A stretch of 64,000 nt of DNA, from the NCBI GenBank assembly GCA_964016885.1, contig OZ024754.1, positions 8,060,001-8,124,000 of the forward strand, read 5' to 3'. Source of the stretch: Eledone cirrhosa (Eukaryota). Of the stretch, positions 13,663 to 27,885 are shown one piece after another (positions within the stretch are counted from its first letter, which is position 1; every line of letters starts with the position of its first letter). The position numbers and the translations under genes are program-made. The notes below the pieces were generated by a model. The model was not told the DNA's origin and did no database searches. It was given only the letters and a program-made list of their open reading frames with translations.

Positions 13663-13720
<58 letters not shown>

Positions 13721-13987
13721 TTATATATATATATATATATAGGGATAATGTAAACAGAATGTCTATGTTTATTCATATATCTGGAAAGATTATACATTTT
13801 CCTAAGTATGTCATTAATTCATGAAGTGACTTTAGCTACGCTGCAAGTAATTATTTTCTTCTCACACATTACTTAGTGTTCAACGGACATAAGTGCCTGA
13901 AAGACACAGAACAATCGCGCGCGTGCGCGTGCGTGTTTGTCGCGGGTTCAATCAGAGGTAACCAGTAAGTAAGGTACTCAATATATT

Positions 13988-14175
13988 GGTGGATTGGCAG
14001 TATCGGTAGAGGGTCTGACGCCATGCTTTCGAGCATAGTTACGTCCCTTTATTGTCTGTTCAAATCCCGCCGAGGTTAACTTTGACTTTCATCCTTACGG
14101 GGTCGATAAAATAAAGTACCAGTAATACACTGGGATAATTGCTGGCCTTGTGCCAATAGTAGAAACAATTATTAC
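13988..14175 (+). mobile_element. tRNA-derived SINE
   Basis: same family as 7692; other + copies at 33003-33200, 35755-35970, 47931-48118. Confidence 0.85.
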
Positions 14176-14490
14176 TCCAAGTATAACCTACATAGGAATT
14201 ACCGCGAACTCGCTGCATAACTATGGAAGCATCTTGTTGAGTTAAACAAAGCCGTACGTTAAAACTATCCACGACGCAGAGTACTCACTACTCACAACCT
14301 CTAACTGGATTACCTATAACGAGAACTTGTTATCCCATATATATACATATATATATATGCAAAAGTTCTATTTAAAATTGTTGGGATACAACAAGTAAAT
14401 ATTTTATAACTGATATAAAGCACTCGACAAGTTTTTGGAGTAGATATACGATATTAAATAAATGGAAACTATATTTATAAAACCATATTT

Positions 14491-14553
14491 ATTTCATTAT
14501 ATAAATTTCAGGGATACCAAATTAAAATATGGTATGCCTTCATCAGACAAAAT
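14491..14553 (-). ncRNA. Hammerhead ribozyme (family A, inverted copy)
   Basis: reverse complement of 14670-14732 with substitutions in stem III. Confidence 0.7.
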
Positions 14554-14669
14554 ACAATATATAAACAGTTTTATAAATAATTATTATTACTATCCAGACA
14601 GCTTCCAAAAATAATGGTTGCTTTTAATAGGGTACGTCAAAATTATTTATAAAACTGTTTATATATTGT

Positions 14670-14732
14670 ATTTTGTCTGATGAAGGCATACCATATTTTA
14701 ATTTGGTATCCCTGAAATATGTATAATGAAAT
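14670..14732 (+). ncRNA. Minimal type I hammerhead ribozyme (family A)
   Basis: ATTTTGT-CTGATGA-AGGCATACCA...TGGTATCCCT-GAAA-TATGTA-TA^ATGAAAT. Confidence 0.8.
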
Positions 14733-14773
14733 AAATATGGTTTTATAGATATAGTTTCCATTTATTTAATATC

Positions 14774-14813
<40 letters not shown>

Positions 14814-15354
14814 TAAGTTATCGTTATAGGTTATATATATATATATATATCATGCGTTAAACTAACATAATTCTTCATTTGTACTGTGTTGTTCTCTTTG
14901 GTGTTTCCGTTTACGTTTTCCATATATGTCTTCCTGTCTCTATGTGAGTGTGGGTGTATAAAACTAAGGCAGCACCATATACAAAAACAAGTGCATAAAC
15001 TCTCACATACCGAGCTGATAATGAAGAAAGCAACTACATTATATATATACTATCATCATGTATGAAATATATTCTATTTCTTTTAAGTTCATATCTGAAA
15101 TATTTTGCCTTTTCCCTTTAACAATGAATGGTATTTAGTCATGTCTTCTTGTAATCCTCTCATTTCACAAAGAATAATAAAACTATTTATCAAATCCTAC
15201 ATAGGAAATAATCACGCATGTATATCATATGGAGTTACCTCCTCTTACCACATCTACCTTCACAGACATTCTTATAAGTATATACATACAGATATATATT
15301 TATTATATATATTATATACACACGAATAAATACACTCGTGTTTATACGCAGTCT

Positions 15355-15392
<38 letters not shown>

Positions 15393-15849
15393 AACATTAT
15401 AGATATATACATACATTATATATATATATACATACATTATATATATATATATACATTATATATATATATATACATTATATATATATATATACATTATATA
15501 TATATACATTATATATATATACATTATATATATATACATTATATATATATATATACATTATATATATATACATTATATATATATATATACATTATATATA
15601 TATATACATTATATATATATTATATATATATTATTTATATATGGGTGGGCGTATATATACTTGCACGTGCGCATCCGTGTGAATGTGTCTGTTTGTGAAT
15701 GTGTGCGTGCTTGTAAACGTGTGTGCGTGCTTGTAAACGTGTGTGTGCTTCTAAACGTGTGTGCGTGTGAACGTGTGTGCGTGCGTGTGTGTGTGCTGCA
15801 TGTGCGTGTGTGAATGTTCTGTTCTGGTGTTCAACAGTATATATTATAT

Positions 15850-15899
<50 letters not shown>

Positions 15900-16214
15900 G
15901 TATATATATATATATTATATATATATATATACATTATATATATATATATTATATATATATGGGTGGGCGTATATATACTTGCACGTGCGTATCCGTGTGA
16001 ATGTGTGTTTGTGAATGTGTGCGCGCTTCTGAATGTGTGCGTGCTTGTAAACGTGTGTGTGTGAACCTGTGTGTGCTTCTAAATGTGTGTGTGCGCGTGT
16101 GAACGTGTGCGCGCGTGTGAACCTGTGTGTGCTTCTAAATGTGTGTGCGCGCGTGTGAACGTGTGTGTGTTTGTAAACGAGTGTTCGTGCTTGTAAACTA
16201 GTGTTCGTGCTTGT

Positions 16215-16267
<53 letters not shown>

Positions 16268-16338
16268 CCTGTGTGTGCTTCTAAACGTGTGTGCGCGCGC
16301 GTGCGTGCGTGCGTGCGCGCGCGTGCGTGCGTGCGTGC

Positions 16339-16374
<36 letters not shown>

Positions 16375-16904
16375 GTGCGTGCGTGCGTGCGTGCGTGCGC
16401 GTGTGTGTGTGTGTGTGTGTGTGTTCTGTTCTGGTGTTCAACAGTATATGTGTACATACATACATACATACATACATACGCACACTGACACAACAGGACC
16501 GGAATAATAGTAAAAACGAAAACAGACTGAGGCAAACTTATTTCATCTAAGACAATTTTTTCTTAACTAAGATCTCATCCTATAACCAATATAAAACAAA
16601 AAGATATATAGACGACATTTTGCCTACGACAGAAAATAAATGAACTTTCTCAAAAATATAACGGAAGCAGGTACGAGATATGTGTAAAGGTATTAATAAT
16701 TAAAGTATCTCGTAATATTGTAAAAGAATATACATATCTATGAAAGAAAGAAAATTACCTTCACTGATAAATGAATATATAAATAATACAAGGAAGAGTT
16801 CGCTATAACATTAATGAGTACTAGAACCGTAAGAGCTTTAAAAGTAAAGAATATTGTTATATTGTTATATTGTAAAGAGAAAACACGTTAGCTTGTAAGT
16901 AAGA

Positions 16905-17512
16905 AGAAATAAGCTAACTAAATAAATAACAATAAATAAGTAATAATAAATAAGCAACAATAAATAAGTTAACTAAATAAATAACAATAACTAAATAAAT
17001 AGGTAACAATAAATAAGTTAATTAAATAAATAGGTAACAATAAATAAGTTAACTAAATAAATAAGCAACAATAAGCTAACTAAATAAGTAATAATAAATA
17101 AGCTATAATAAATAAGCTAACTAACTAAATAAGGAAACTAACTAAATAAGGAAACTAACTAAATAAGCAAACTAACTAAATAAGCTAACTAATTAAATAA
17201 GCTAACTAATTAATAAGCTAACTAAATAAGTAATAGTAAATAAGCTAACTAAATGAATAAGTAGCAATAAATAAGTAACAATAAATAACAATAAATAAGC
17301 TAACTAAACAATAACAAATAAGCTAACTAAACAATAACAATTAAACTAACTAAACAATAACAATTAAACTAACTAAACAATAACAATTAAGCTAACTAAA
17401 TAATAAATAAGCTAACTATATAATAATAATAATTAAGCTAACTAAATAAATAAATAAACTAACTAAATAGATAAGTAATAATAAATAAGTTAACTAAATA
17501 AATAAAATAACT
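16905..17512. repeat. Degenerate AT-rich tandem repeat (AATAAGCTAACTAAAT-like)
   Basis: direct inspection. Confidence 0.75.
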
Positions 17513-17613
17513 ATAGCAGGACAAGGAACAGTATGGTGTTAAAGATAAACGAAATACGTGGACATTCCAAGTAAAAAATACAACAGAAATAAGTATGATA
17601 ACCTTTAGGAGCC

Positions 17614-20600
17614 AAAGCACAGCGAGGGTGTTATTAGAGAGAATATATTGATATAGTAGAAAGTACAGCGAGGGTGTTATTAGAGAGAATATATTGATAT
17701 AGTAGAAAGCACAGCGAGGGTGTTATTAGAGAGAATATATTGATATAGTAGAAAGTACAGCGAGAGTGTTATTAGAGAGAATATATTGATATAGTAGAAA
17801 GTACAGCGAGAGTGTTATTAGAGAGAATATATTGATATAGTAGAAAGTACAGCGAGGGTGTTATTAGAGAGAATATATTGATATAGTAGAAAGTACAGCG
17901 AGAGTGTTATTAGAGAGAATATATTGATATAGTAGAAAGTACAGCGAGGGTGTTATTAGAGAGAATATATTGATATAGTAGAAAGTACAGCGAGAGTGTT
18001 ATTAGAGAGAATATATTGATATAGTAGAAAGTACAGCGAGAGTGTTATTAGAGAGAATATATTGATATAGTAGAAAGTACAGCGAGAGTGTTATTAGAGA
18101 GAATATATTGATATAGTAGAAAGTACAGCGAGAGTGTTATTAGAGAGAATATATTGATATAGTAGAAAGTACAGCGAGGGTGTTATTAGAGAGAATATAT
18201 TGATATAGTAGAAAGTACAGCGAGAGTGTTATTAGAGAGAATATATTGATATAGTAGAAAGTACAGCGAGAGTGTTATTAGAGAGAATATATTGATATAG
18301 TAGAAAGTACAGCGAGAGTGTTATTAGAGAGAATATATTGATATAGTAGAAAGTACAGCGAGGGTGTTATTAGAGAGAATATATTGATATAGTAGAAAGT
18401 ACAGCGAGAGTGTTATTAGAGAGAATATATTGATATAGTAGAAAGTACAGCGAGAGTGTTATTAGAGAGAATATATTGATATAGTAGAAAGTACAGCGAA
18501 GGTGTTATTAGAGAGAATATATTGATATAGTAGAAAGTACAGCGAAGGTGTTATTAGAGAGAATATATTGATATAGTAGAAAGTACAGCGAGGGTGTTAT
18601 TAGAGAGAATATATTGATATAGTAGAAAGTACAGCGAGAGTGTTATTAGAGAGAATATATTGATATAGTAGAAAGTACAGCGAGAGTGTTATTAGAGAGA
18701 ATATATTGATATAGTAGAAAGTACAGCGAGAGTGTTATTAGAGAGAATATATTGATATAGTAGAAAGTACAGCGAGGGTGTTATTAGAGAGAATATATTG
18801 ATATAGTAGAAAGTACAGCGAGAGTGTTATTAGAGAGAATATATTGATATAGTAGAAAGTACAGCGAAGGTGTTATTAGAGAGAATATATTGATATAGTA
18901 GAAAGTACAGCGAAGGTGTTATTAGAGAGAATATATTGATATAGTAGAAAGTACAGCGAGGGTGTTATTAGAGAGAATATATTGATATAGTAGAAAGTAC
19001 AGCGAGAGTGTTATTAGAGAGAATATATTGATATAGTAGAAAGTACAGCGAGAGTGTTATTAGAGAGAATATATTGATATAGTAGAAAGTACAGCGAGAG
19101 TGTTATTAGAGAGAATATATTGATATAGTAGAAAGTACAGCGAGAGTGTTATTAGAGAGAATATATTGATATAGTAGAAAGTACAGCGAGAGTGTTATTA
19201 GAGAGAATATATTGATATAGTAGAAAGTACAGCGAGGGTGTTATTAGAGAGAATATATTGATATAGTAGAAAGTACAGCGAAGGTGTTATTAGAGAGAAT
19301 ATATTGATATAGTAGAAAGTACAGCGAAGGTGTTATTAGAGAGAATATATTGATATAGTAGAAAGTACAGCGAAGGTGTTATTAGAGAGAATATATTGAT
19401 ATAGTAGAAAGTACAGCGAGGGTGTTATTAGAGAGAATATATTGATATAGTAGAAAGTACAGCGAGAGTGTTATTAGAGAGAATATATTGATATAGTAGA
19501 AAGTACAGCGAGGGTGTTATTAGAGAGAATATATTGATATAGTAGAAAGTACAGCGAGAGTGTTATTAGAGAGAATATATTGATATAGTAGAAAGTACAG
19601 CGAGAGTGTTATTAGAGAGAATATATTGATATAGTAGAAAGTACAGCGAGAGTGTTATTAGAGAGAATATATTGATATAGTAGAAAGTACAGCGAGAGTG
19701 TTATTAGAGAGAATATATTGATATAGTAGAAAGTACAGCGAGGGTGTTATTAGAGAGAATATATTGATATAGTAGAAAGTACAGCGAGAGTGTTATTAGA
19801 GAGAATATATTGATATAGTAGAAAGTACAGCGAGAGTGTTATTAGAGAGAATATATTGATATAGTAGAAAGTACAGCGAGAGTGTTATTAGAGAGAATAT
19901 ATTGATATAGTAGAAAGTACAGCGAGGGTGTTATTAGAGAGAATATATTGATATAGTAGAAAGTACAGCGAGAGTGTTATTAGAGAGAATATATTGATAT
20001 AGTAGAAAGTACAGCGAGGGTGTTATTAGAGAGAATATATTGATATAGTAGAAAGTACAGCGAGAGTGTTATTAGAGAGAATATATTGATATAGTAGAAA
20101 GTACAGCGAAGGTGTTATTAGAGAGAATATATTGATATAGTAGAAAGTACAGCGAAGGTGTTATTAGAGAGAATATATTGATATAGTAGAAAGTACAGCG
20201 AGGGTGTTATTAGAGAGAATATATTGATATAGTAGAAAGTACAGCGAGAGTGTTATTAGAGAGAATATATTGATATAGTAGAAAGTACAGCGAGAGTGTT
20301 ATTAGAGAGAATATATTGATATAGTAGAAAGTACAGCGAGAGTGTTATTAGAGAGAATATATTGATATAGTAGAAAGTACAGCGAGAGTGTTATTAGAGA
20401 GAATATATTGATATAGTAGAAAGTACAGCGAGAGTGTTATTAGAGAGAATATATTGATATAGTAGAAAGTACAGCGAGGGTGTTATTAGAGAGAATATAT
20501 TGATATAGTAGAAAGTACAGCGAAGGTGTTATTAGAGAGAATATATTGATATAGTAGAAAGTACAGCGAAGGTGTTATTAGAGAGAATATATTGATATAG

Positions 20601-20823
20601 TAGAAAGTACAGCGAAGGTGTTATTAGAGAGAATATATTGATATAGTAGAAAGTACAGCGAGGGTGTTATTAGAGAGAATATATTGATATAGTAGAAAGT
20701 ACAGCGAGAGTGTTATTAGAGAGAATATATTGATATAGTAGAAAGTACAGCGAGGGTGTTATTAGAGAGAATATATTGATATAGTAGAAAGTACAGCGAG
20801 AGTGTTATTAGAGAGAATATATT
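17614..20823. repeat. 46-bp minisatellite, about 70 near-identical copies
   Basis: AGAAAGTACAGCGA(GA/GG/AG)GTGTTATTAGAGAGAATATATTGATATAGT; anchors 17621 to 20795 at 46-bp spacing. Confidence 0.97.
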
Positions 20824-20949
20824 ACTTTCTAAAGAAATAAGTGAGTCTCCCAAATACTTCTAGAAAAATCATAACTGACACGTACGATGTACTCTTAGAG
20901 GGTACGAAAACAGTGATATTGATAATTAGAAGATTGTGTGTTTGTGTCT

Positions 20950-22794
<1,845 letters not shown>

Positions 22795-22795
<1 letters not shown>

Positions 22796-23520
22796 AGAGT
22801 TAAACAAGATTCAATGAATACATCAAAGAATGAGTTTTACAATAGATTGGAAGCACTCGACAGTAAGATATTTTCCAGAGTTATTAATATTAATTCACAA
22901 TATTAACAAAATAGATATTCTTGTGATCAATTATATTTTATTATACATATTTCAGAGGTACTGAATTAAGTTCAACAGTACGTCCTCATCAGATAAAATA
23001 AAATGATACATGACATACCCTGACATGGTAGATTGTTAAGATTTAATCAAGATAGTGATTAACTTATGACAAAACTCAATATTTATACCTTAATATTGAG
23101 AACATTAGAAAACGTAATACAATCAATAGAGAGAGTGAGTAATATATTTTAAGAAATACATGGCATCAATATAACAGTTATAGAATGTTTTATATTTTAA
23201 AAACTACTAGAGGAATAGGAGGGAGAGGAAAGCATAGAGGAAGAAGTAGCTGATGTTATAACTTATTTAGTATTTAGCTTGAGAAGACAGATGAAAGATG
23301 AATAAAGAGAGAAAGAGACAAAGGGGAGTAATTTATGCTCAAGTTTCTACATACACATATAAATTTATGTTATTTCAGGGTAAAAAAATCAAATTTTAGG
23401 TTTTAAAAGTTAATGGGTATTTGTATTAATATTACCTTTTAACTTTATTTACCCATTAACTTTTAAAACCTAAAATTTGATTCTTTACCCTGAAATAACA
23501 AATTAAATATTTTGAAAATT
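22795..23520 (-). mobile_element. PLE-derived non-coding 3' fragment with HHR and a hairpin (23368-23500)
   Basis: begins at the end of a 1.9-kb (TA)n tract; contains the HHR at 22934-23000; inverted arms of about 50 bp at the far end. Confidence 0.5.
22934..23000 (-). ncRNA. Minimal type I hammerhead ribozyme
   Basis: minus strand: TATTTTAT-CTGATGA-GGACGTACTG...CAGTACCTCT-GAAA-TATGTA-TA^ATAAAATA. Confidence 0.8.
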
Positions 23521-23531
23521 AACCGCCAACT

Positions 23532-23955
23532 GGTAGAGGTGGTAGTAGGTGGTGAAGGTGGTAGTAGGTGGTGGCGGTGGACGTGGTGGAGGTGGTGGAC
23601 GTGGTGGAGGTGGTGGATGTGGTAGTGGTGGTGGTAGTGGTAGTGGTGGTGGTGGTGGTAGTGGTAGTGGACGTGGTGGACGTGGTGGTGGTAGTGGTAG
23701 TGGGAGTGGTAGTGGTGGTGGTAGTGGTAGTGGTGGTGGTAGTGGTAGTGGTGGTGGTAGTGGTGGTGGTGGAGGTGGTGGTGGAGGTGGACGTGGTAGA
23801 GGTGGCGGTGGTAGAGGTGGCGGTAGAGGTACCGATATTGTGGTAGAGGTGGCGGTGGTGTTGGTGGTGGTAGAGGTGCCGGTGCTGTTGGTGGTGGTAG
23901 TGGTACCGATATTGTGGTAGAGGTGGTGGTGGTGGTAGAGGTACCGATATGGTGA
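23532..23955. repeat. (GGT)n-derived trinucleotide repeat
   Basis: direct inspection. Confidence 0.85.
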
Positions 23956-24024
23956 TAATGACACTGGGTTTTTTTTGGTTCAGTTAGCCTCAGGGGTAAC
24001 TAATTAGGTGTTGATTAATTAGAT

Positions 24025-24212
24025 AATTGTTTTTACTTTATGCACAAGGCCAGCAATCATCCAGTGCATTACTGGTACTTTATTTTATCGACCCCGTAAG
24101 GATGAAAGGCAAAGTCAACCTCGGCGGGATTTGAACTCAGATCGTAAAGGGACGTAACTATGCTGGAAAGCATGGTGTCTGACCCTCTACCGATACTGCC
24201 AATTCACCGCCC
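24025..24212 (-). mobile_element. tRNA-derived SINE
   Basis: reverse complement of the family; other - copies at 2100-2240, 26393-26610, 35355-35535, 46080-46178. Confidence 0.85.
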
Positions 24213-24417
24213 TCTTCATTAATTAGATAATTGTTTCTACTTTAGGCACAAGGCCAACAATTACCCAACGCATTACTGGTACTTTATTTTATCGATAATG
24301 ATACTTATTTATGATTTAAACAAACTAAAATATACTAAACTATAAAGTTATATATTGGAGTTGTTCTTGCGTGATATATTACTGTTTTTAGTAAAAGGGA
24401 AACATAAGCGGGAACAC

Positions 24418-24464
<47 letters not shown>

Positions 24465-25082
24465 TGTGTGTGTGTGGTGGGTGTGTATATATATATATGT
24501 GTGTGCGTATGTGTATATATATATATATGTGTGTATATATATATATGTGTGTGTGTATATATATATGTGTGTATATATATGTGTGTGCATATATGTTTGT
24601 GTGCATATATATATACTGTATATATATGTGTGTGTGTGTGCATATATATGTGTGTGTGTATATATATATATGTGTATATATATATATATGTGTGTGTATG
24701 TGTGTGCGTGTGTATATGTGTGTGTAATAGCATTGTCATTTTATGTGTGTGCGTGTGTATATATATATATATGTGTGTGTGTGTATTACCATTGTCATTT
24801 TTAATAAGAATCAGTAGAAATGTCCTTGTGTATCATACATGTATAAACATACATTCATTATAATAGCAACCTCCTCCCATGGGTTTTTAGAAACCTAACA
24901 AACCTAAATAGCAGACTCTACGCCATATATATATATATATATATGTATATATGGAAGGTTATATTTAAATTGTTGGGTTACAACTAGTAAATATTTATAA
25001 CTGATATAAAAGCACTCAACAAGTATTTGGAGTATATTTACGATATTAAATAAATGGAAACTATATTTATAAAACCATATTT

Positions 25083-25146
25083 ATTTCATTATATATATTT
25101 CAGGGATATCATATTAACAATATGTTATGCCTTCCTCAGACAAAAT
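25083..25146 (-). ncRNA. Hammerhead ribozyme (family A, inverted copy)
   Basis: near-exact reverse complement of 25312-25375. Confidence 0.75.
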
Positions 25147-25311
25147 ACAATATAGACAGTTTTATAGATAAATAGATTTGACATACCGTTCAACATCGAC
25201 TTGTATTTGAAAAAATCGATTTGTATTTGACTGCCAAATCAACTTTTTCAAATACAAGTCGATGTTGAACGGTATGTCAAATCTATTTATCTATAAAACT
25301 GTCTATATTGT

Positions 25312-25375
25312 ATTTTGTCTGAGGAAGGCATAGCATATTGTTAATATGATATCCCTGAAATATATATAATGAAAT
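25312..25375 (+). ncRNA. Minimal type I hammerhead ribozyme (family A)
   Basis: ATTTTGT-CTGAGGA-AGGCATAGCATATT...AATATGATATCCCT-GAAA-TATATA-TA^ATGAAAT. Confidence 0.8.
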
Positions 25376-25612
25376 AGATATGGTTTTATAAATATAGTTT
25401 CCATTTATTTAATATCGTAAATATATATATATATATATACATAATATACATATATATACATACATACATATATACATACATATGTACATATATACATATA
25501 CACATATATACATATACACATATATACATATACATATACATATATACATATATATATACATATATATATATATACATATACATATATTTATATATATATA
25601 CATATACATATA

Positions 25613-25850
25613 TCATCATCATCATCATCATCATCATTCGTCGACTACTGTCGAGATGATGGATCTCACTCTCATGCCCCAGAATTCCCTGTTCTCCATC
25701 GCTGCCCCCAGGTCCCGTCTACTGATTCCCGTATCCCTAGAGATAACGTCAGGGAATGACAGCTTCCTACCCCCAGTCAGGATTCCAGAGCAAGAGATCG
25801 GATATGATTTCATTGCTGGCACGGTGACAGTGGCCAGAGGTTCGAGGGAG
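25613..25850 (-). mobile_element. RTE-like LINE 3' end with (ATG)n tail
   Basis: [16 protein letters not shown]...[11 protein letters not shown]; same family at 1850-2005 (GRKLPYPDVISRDAGI). Confidence 0.7.
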
Positions 25851-25881
25851 TTTGCATATATACATATATACATATACATAT

Positions 25882-25916
<35 letters not shown>

Positions 25917-26700
25917 TATATAAAAGCCTAATTCGATAGAGAGACATATATAAATACTAGGACATTTATCTCGCTATTTAAAATATAAATACACAGAAGG
26001 TTAGTAATGATAGGACCAAATTCCTCCAAATTCTTGACTGTTTACAAAAATTATTTTAAAATCTGAGGCAGTGTCTTTCATTAGGAATATGGTTATGAAA
26101 GATTTAATCCGTTACCATTTAAACCGGCCGTATTTGGCCAGAATTCTCTCACCTCTCTCTGTTCAAACCGGTCATAGCCAGCTGCTCATATTTATGTTAA
26201 AATACACAGGTAAGAGAGAGGAAAAGTAAAATAACCTTTACGTGGTTTAAAATAGGACATTAATTCCATGTTAATATCTTCATTATAAATATATTCCCGG
26301 ATTTTGTTGAATTGCAGAACATTCAAAATGTTTGAACCAATAATTTGAAAATTACTATTCGGCATAAGCAAACACTACCACTAATTAAAAAATTGCTTCT
26401 ATTTTTGGCACAAGGCCAGCAATCCTAAGGGAATGGGAAAGTAGATTAAATCGAACTGGAGGAGTTACCGGTATATTGTTTTATCAACCCCGTGAGGATG
26501 AATAGCAAAGGAAATCTAACCCCAGCGGGATTTGACTTTAGAACGTAAAGGACAGTAGATATCTGTCGCAGCGCATGTTTGCGACGCTCTACCGATACTG
26601 CCAACCCACATCTTTACCATTCATTAATTGTTTCTAGTTTTGGCATAAGGCCAGCAATTTGAAGACGATGGGAATGTCGATGAAATTGACTCCAGTGTAT

Positions 26701-27155
26701 TCTTCTTCTTGTTGTGACGCTAAACTCCGCTAGTTGCAGACTGCGCATTAACATGTGATATCTCTCTCCACAAAGTTCGATCACCAGCAGCAGAGTTCAA
26801 AGAGCAAAGATCAAGTCCGGTCCATAAGTTGACATTGTCAAGCCAACGTTTTGGCTGCCGGCTTCTGCTTCTCTTACCAGCCAACCTTCCTTCCAGGCAT
26901 AACCTAATCACACCACCAGTTGATCTTTTTAGATATCCGTATAGTTTGAGTACTCTTGACTTGACAATTGATGTAATTGGTCTAAGTTTGGTAATGTTGA
27001 GCAGCTCACTGATACAGATACGGTCGCTGAGCCGCTTGCCAGTCATAAGTCTCATGATGTGGTTCTGGAATGTAGAGAGCTTCTGAAGTGACCTTGTCGT
27101 CCAATTATCACAGTCAAGACTATATAACACAACTGGTAGGATGTAAGTATCAAAG
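26701..27155 (-). mobile_element. RTE-clade LINE 3' fragment inserted into a SINE
   Basis: 136-aa ORF ...KSRVLKLYGYLKR...LEGRLAGKRSRSRQPKRWLDNV; (AAG)n tail; SINE halves at 26625-26700 and 27156-27285. Confidence 0.8.
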
Positions 27156-27776
27156 ATACTTTATTTTATCGACCCTGTAAGGCAAAGCTAACTTCGGCGG
27201 GATTAGAAATCAGAACGTAAAGAAGAGTAATTATGCCGCGAAACATTGTGTCCGGCGCTCTACCGATACTGCCAATTCACCACCCCTTTATCATCCATTA
27301 ATACTACACACACAATGAATAATTCAAAACAAGATAATTAAGCCACACATTTCCAGCTAATGAGTTATGTCGTTGTTGGCTATTGATTAGAAAAACATTA
27401 GATATGCAGCCCCGTTTAACATCTAACATTACTCAGAGTGAATTATATTGGAATAGCAGCTAATCAATATAAGATTAGATATAATCTACACAATCACACA
27501 TTTAGAACAATACAATCAGTATTTAACACGAGTCTAATAATACATATCTGGTTCCTGGAAATAATTTAACCTAAAATATTCAGTAGCTTTTAGAGAAAGC
27601 AATAACTTATACAAAAGTAAATTCTGTTAGTACCATGTGTAGACCTGTGAAGATTGCAATTCCGTAACACAAAACAATGACTAAGAATTTTAAGTTAAAT
27701 TCTTCTAGCCACATAAATTAAAATACTAACTTTAATATAATACCGTCCTTGTAAAAATATCCTGAAAAAGCGAGAT

Positions 27777-27885
27777 GTCCTGAAACCTCGAGCCGTCCTG
27801 AAACCTCGAGCCGTCCTGAAACCTCGAGCCATCCTGAAACCTCGAGCCGTCCTGAAACCTCGAGATGTCCTGAAACCTCGAGATG
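27777..27885. repeat. 18-bp tandem repeat
   Basis: (TCCTGAAACCTCGAGCCG)n, about 6 copies. Confidence 0.88.

Larger units (their letters stand above)
14360..14779. mobile_element. Family A fold-back element with two opposed HHRs, in (TA)n
   Basis: inverted arms 14444-14582 / 14641-14779; homologous to 24950-25424 and 6775-6925. Confidence 0.75.
24950..25424. mobile_element. Family A fold-back element with two opposed HHRs, in (TA)n
   Basis: inverted arms of about 180 bp, 25033-25214 / 25244-25424. Confidence 0.75.

Noticed and set aside
16525-16585. HHR-like GATGA...GAAA on the minus strand
   Set aside because: Core reads AGGATGA and stems I and III do not close
17614-20823. CRISPR-like regular array
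   Set aside because: Units are contiguous with no unique spacers, there are no cas genes, and the context is animal DNA
23503-23964. Gly-rich / Pro-rich protein ORFs
   Set aside because: (GGT)n simple repeat with no splice or coding context
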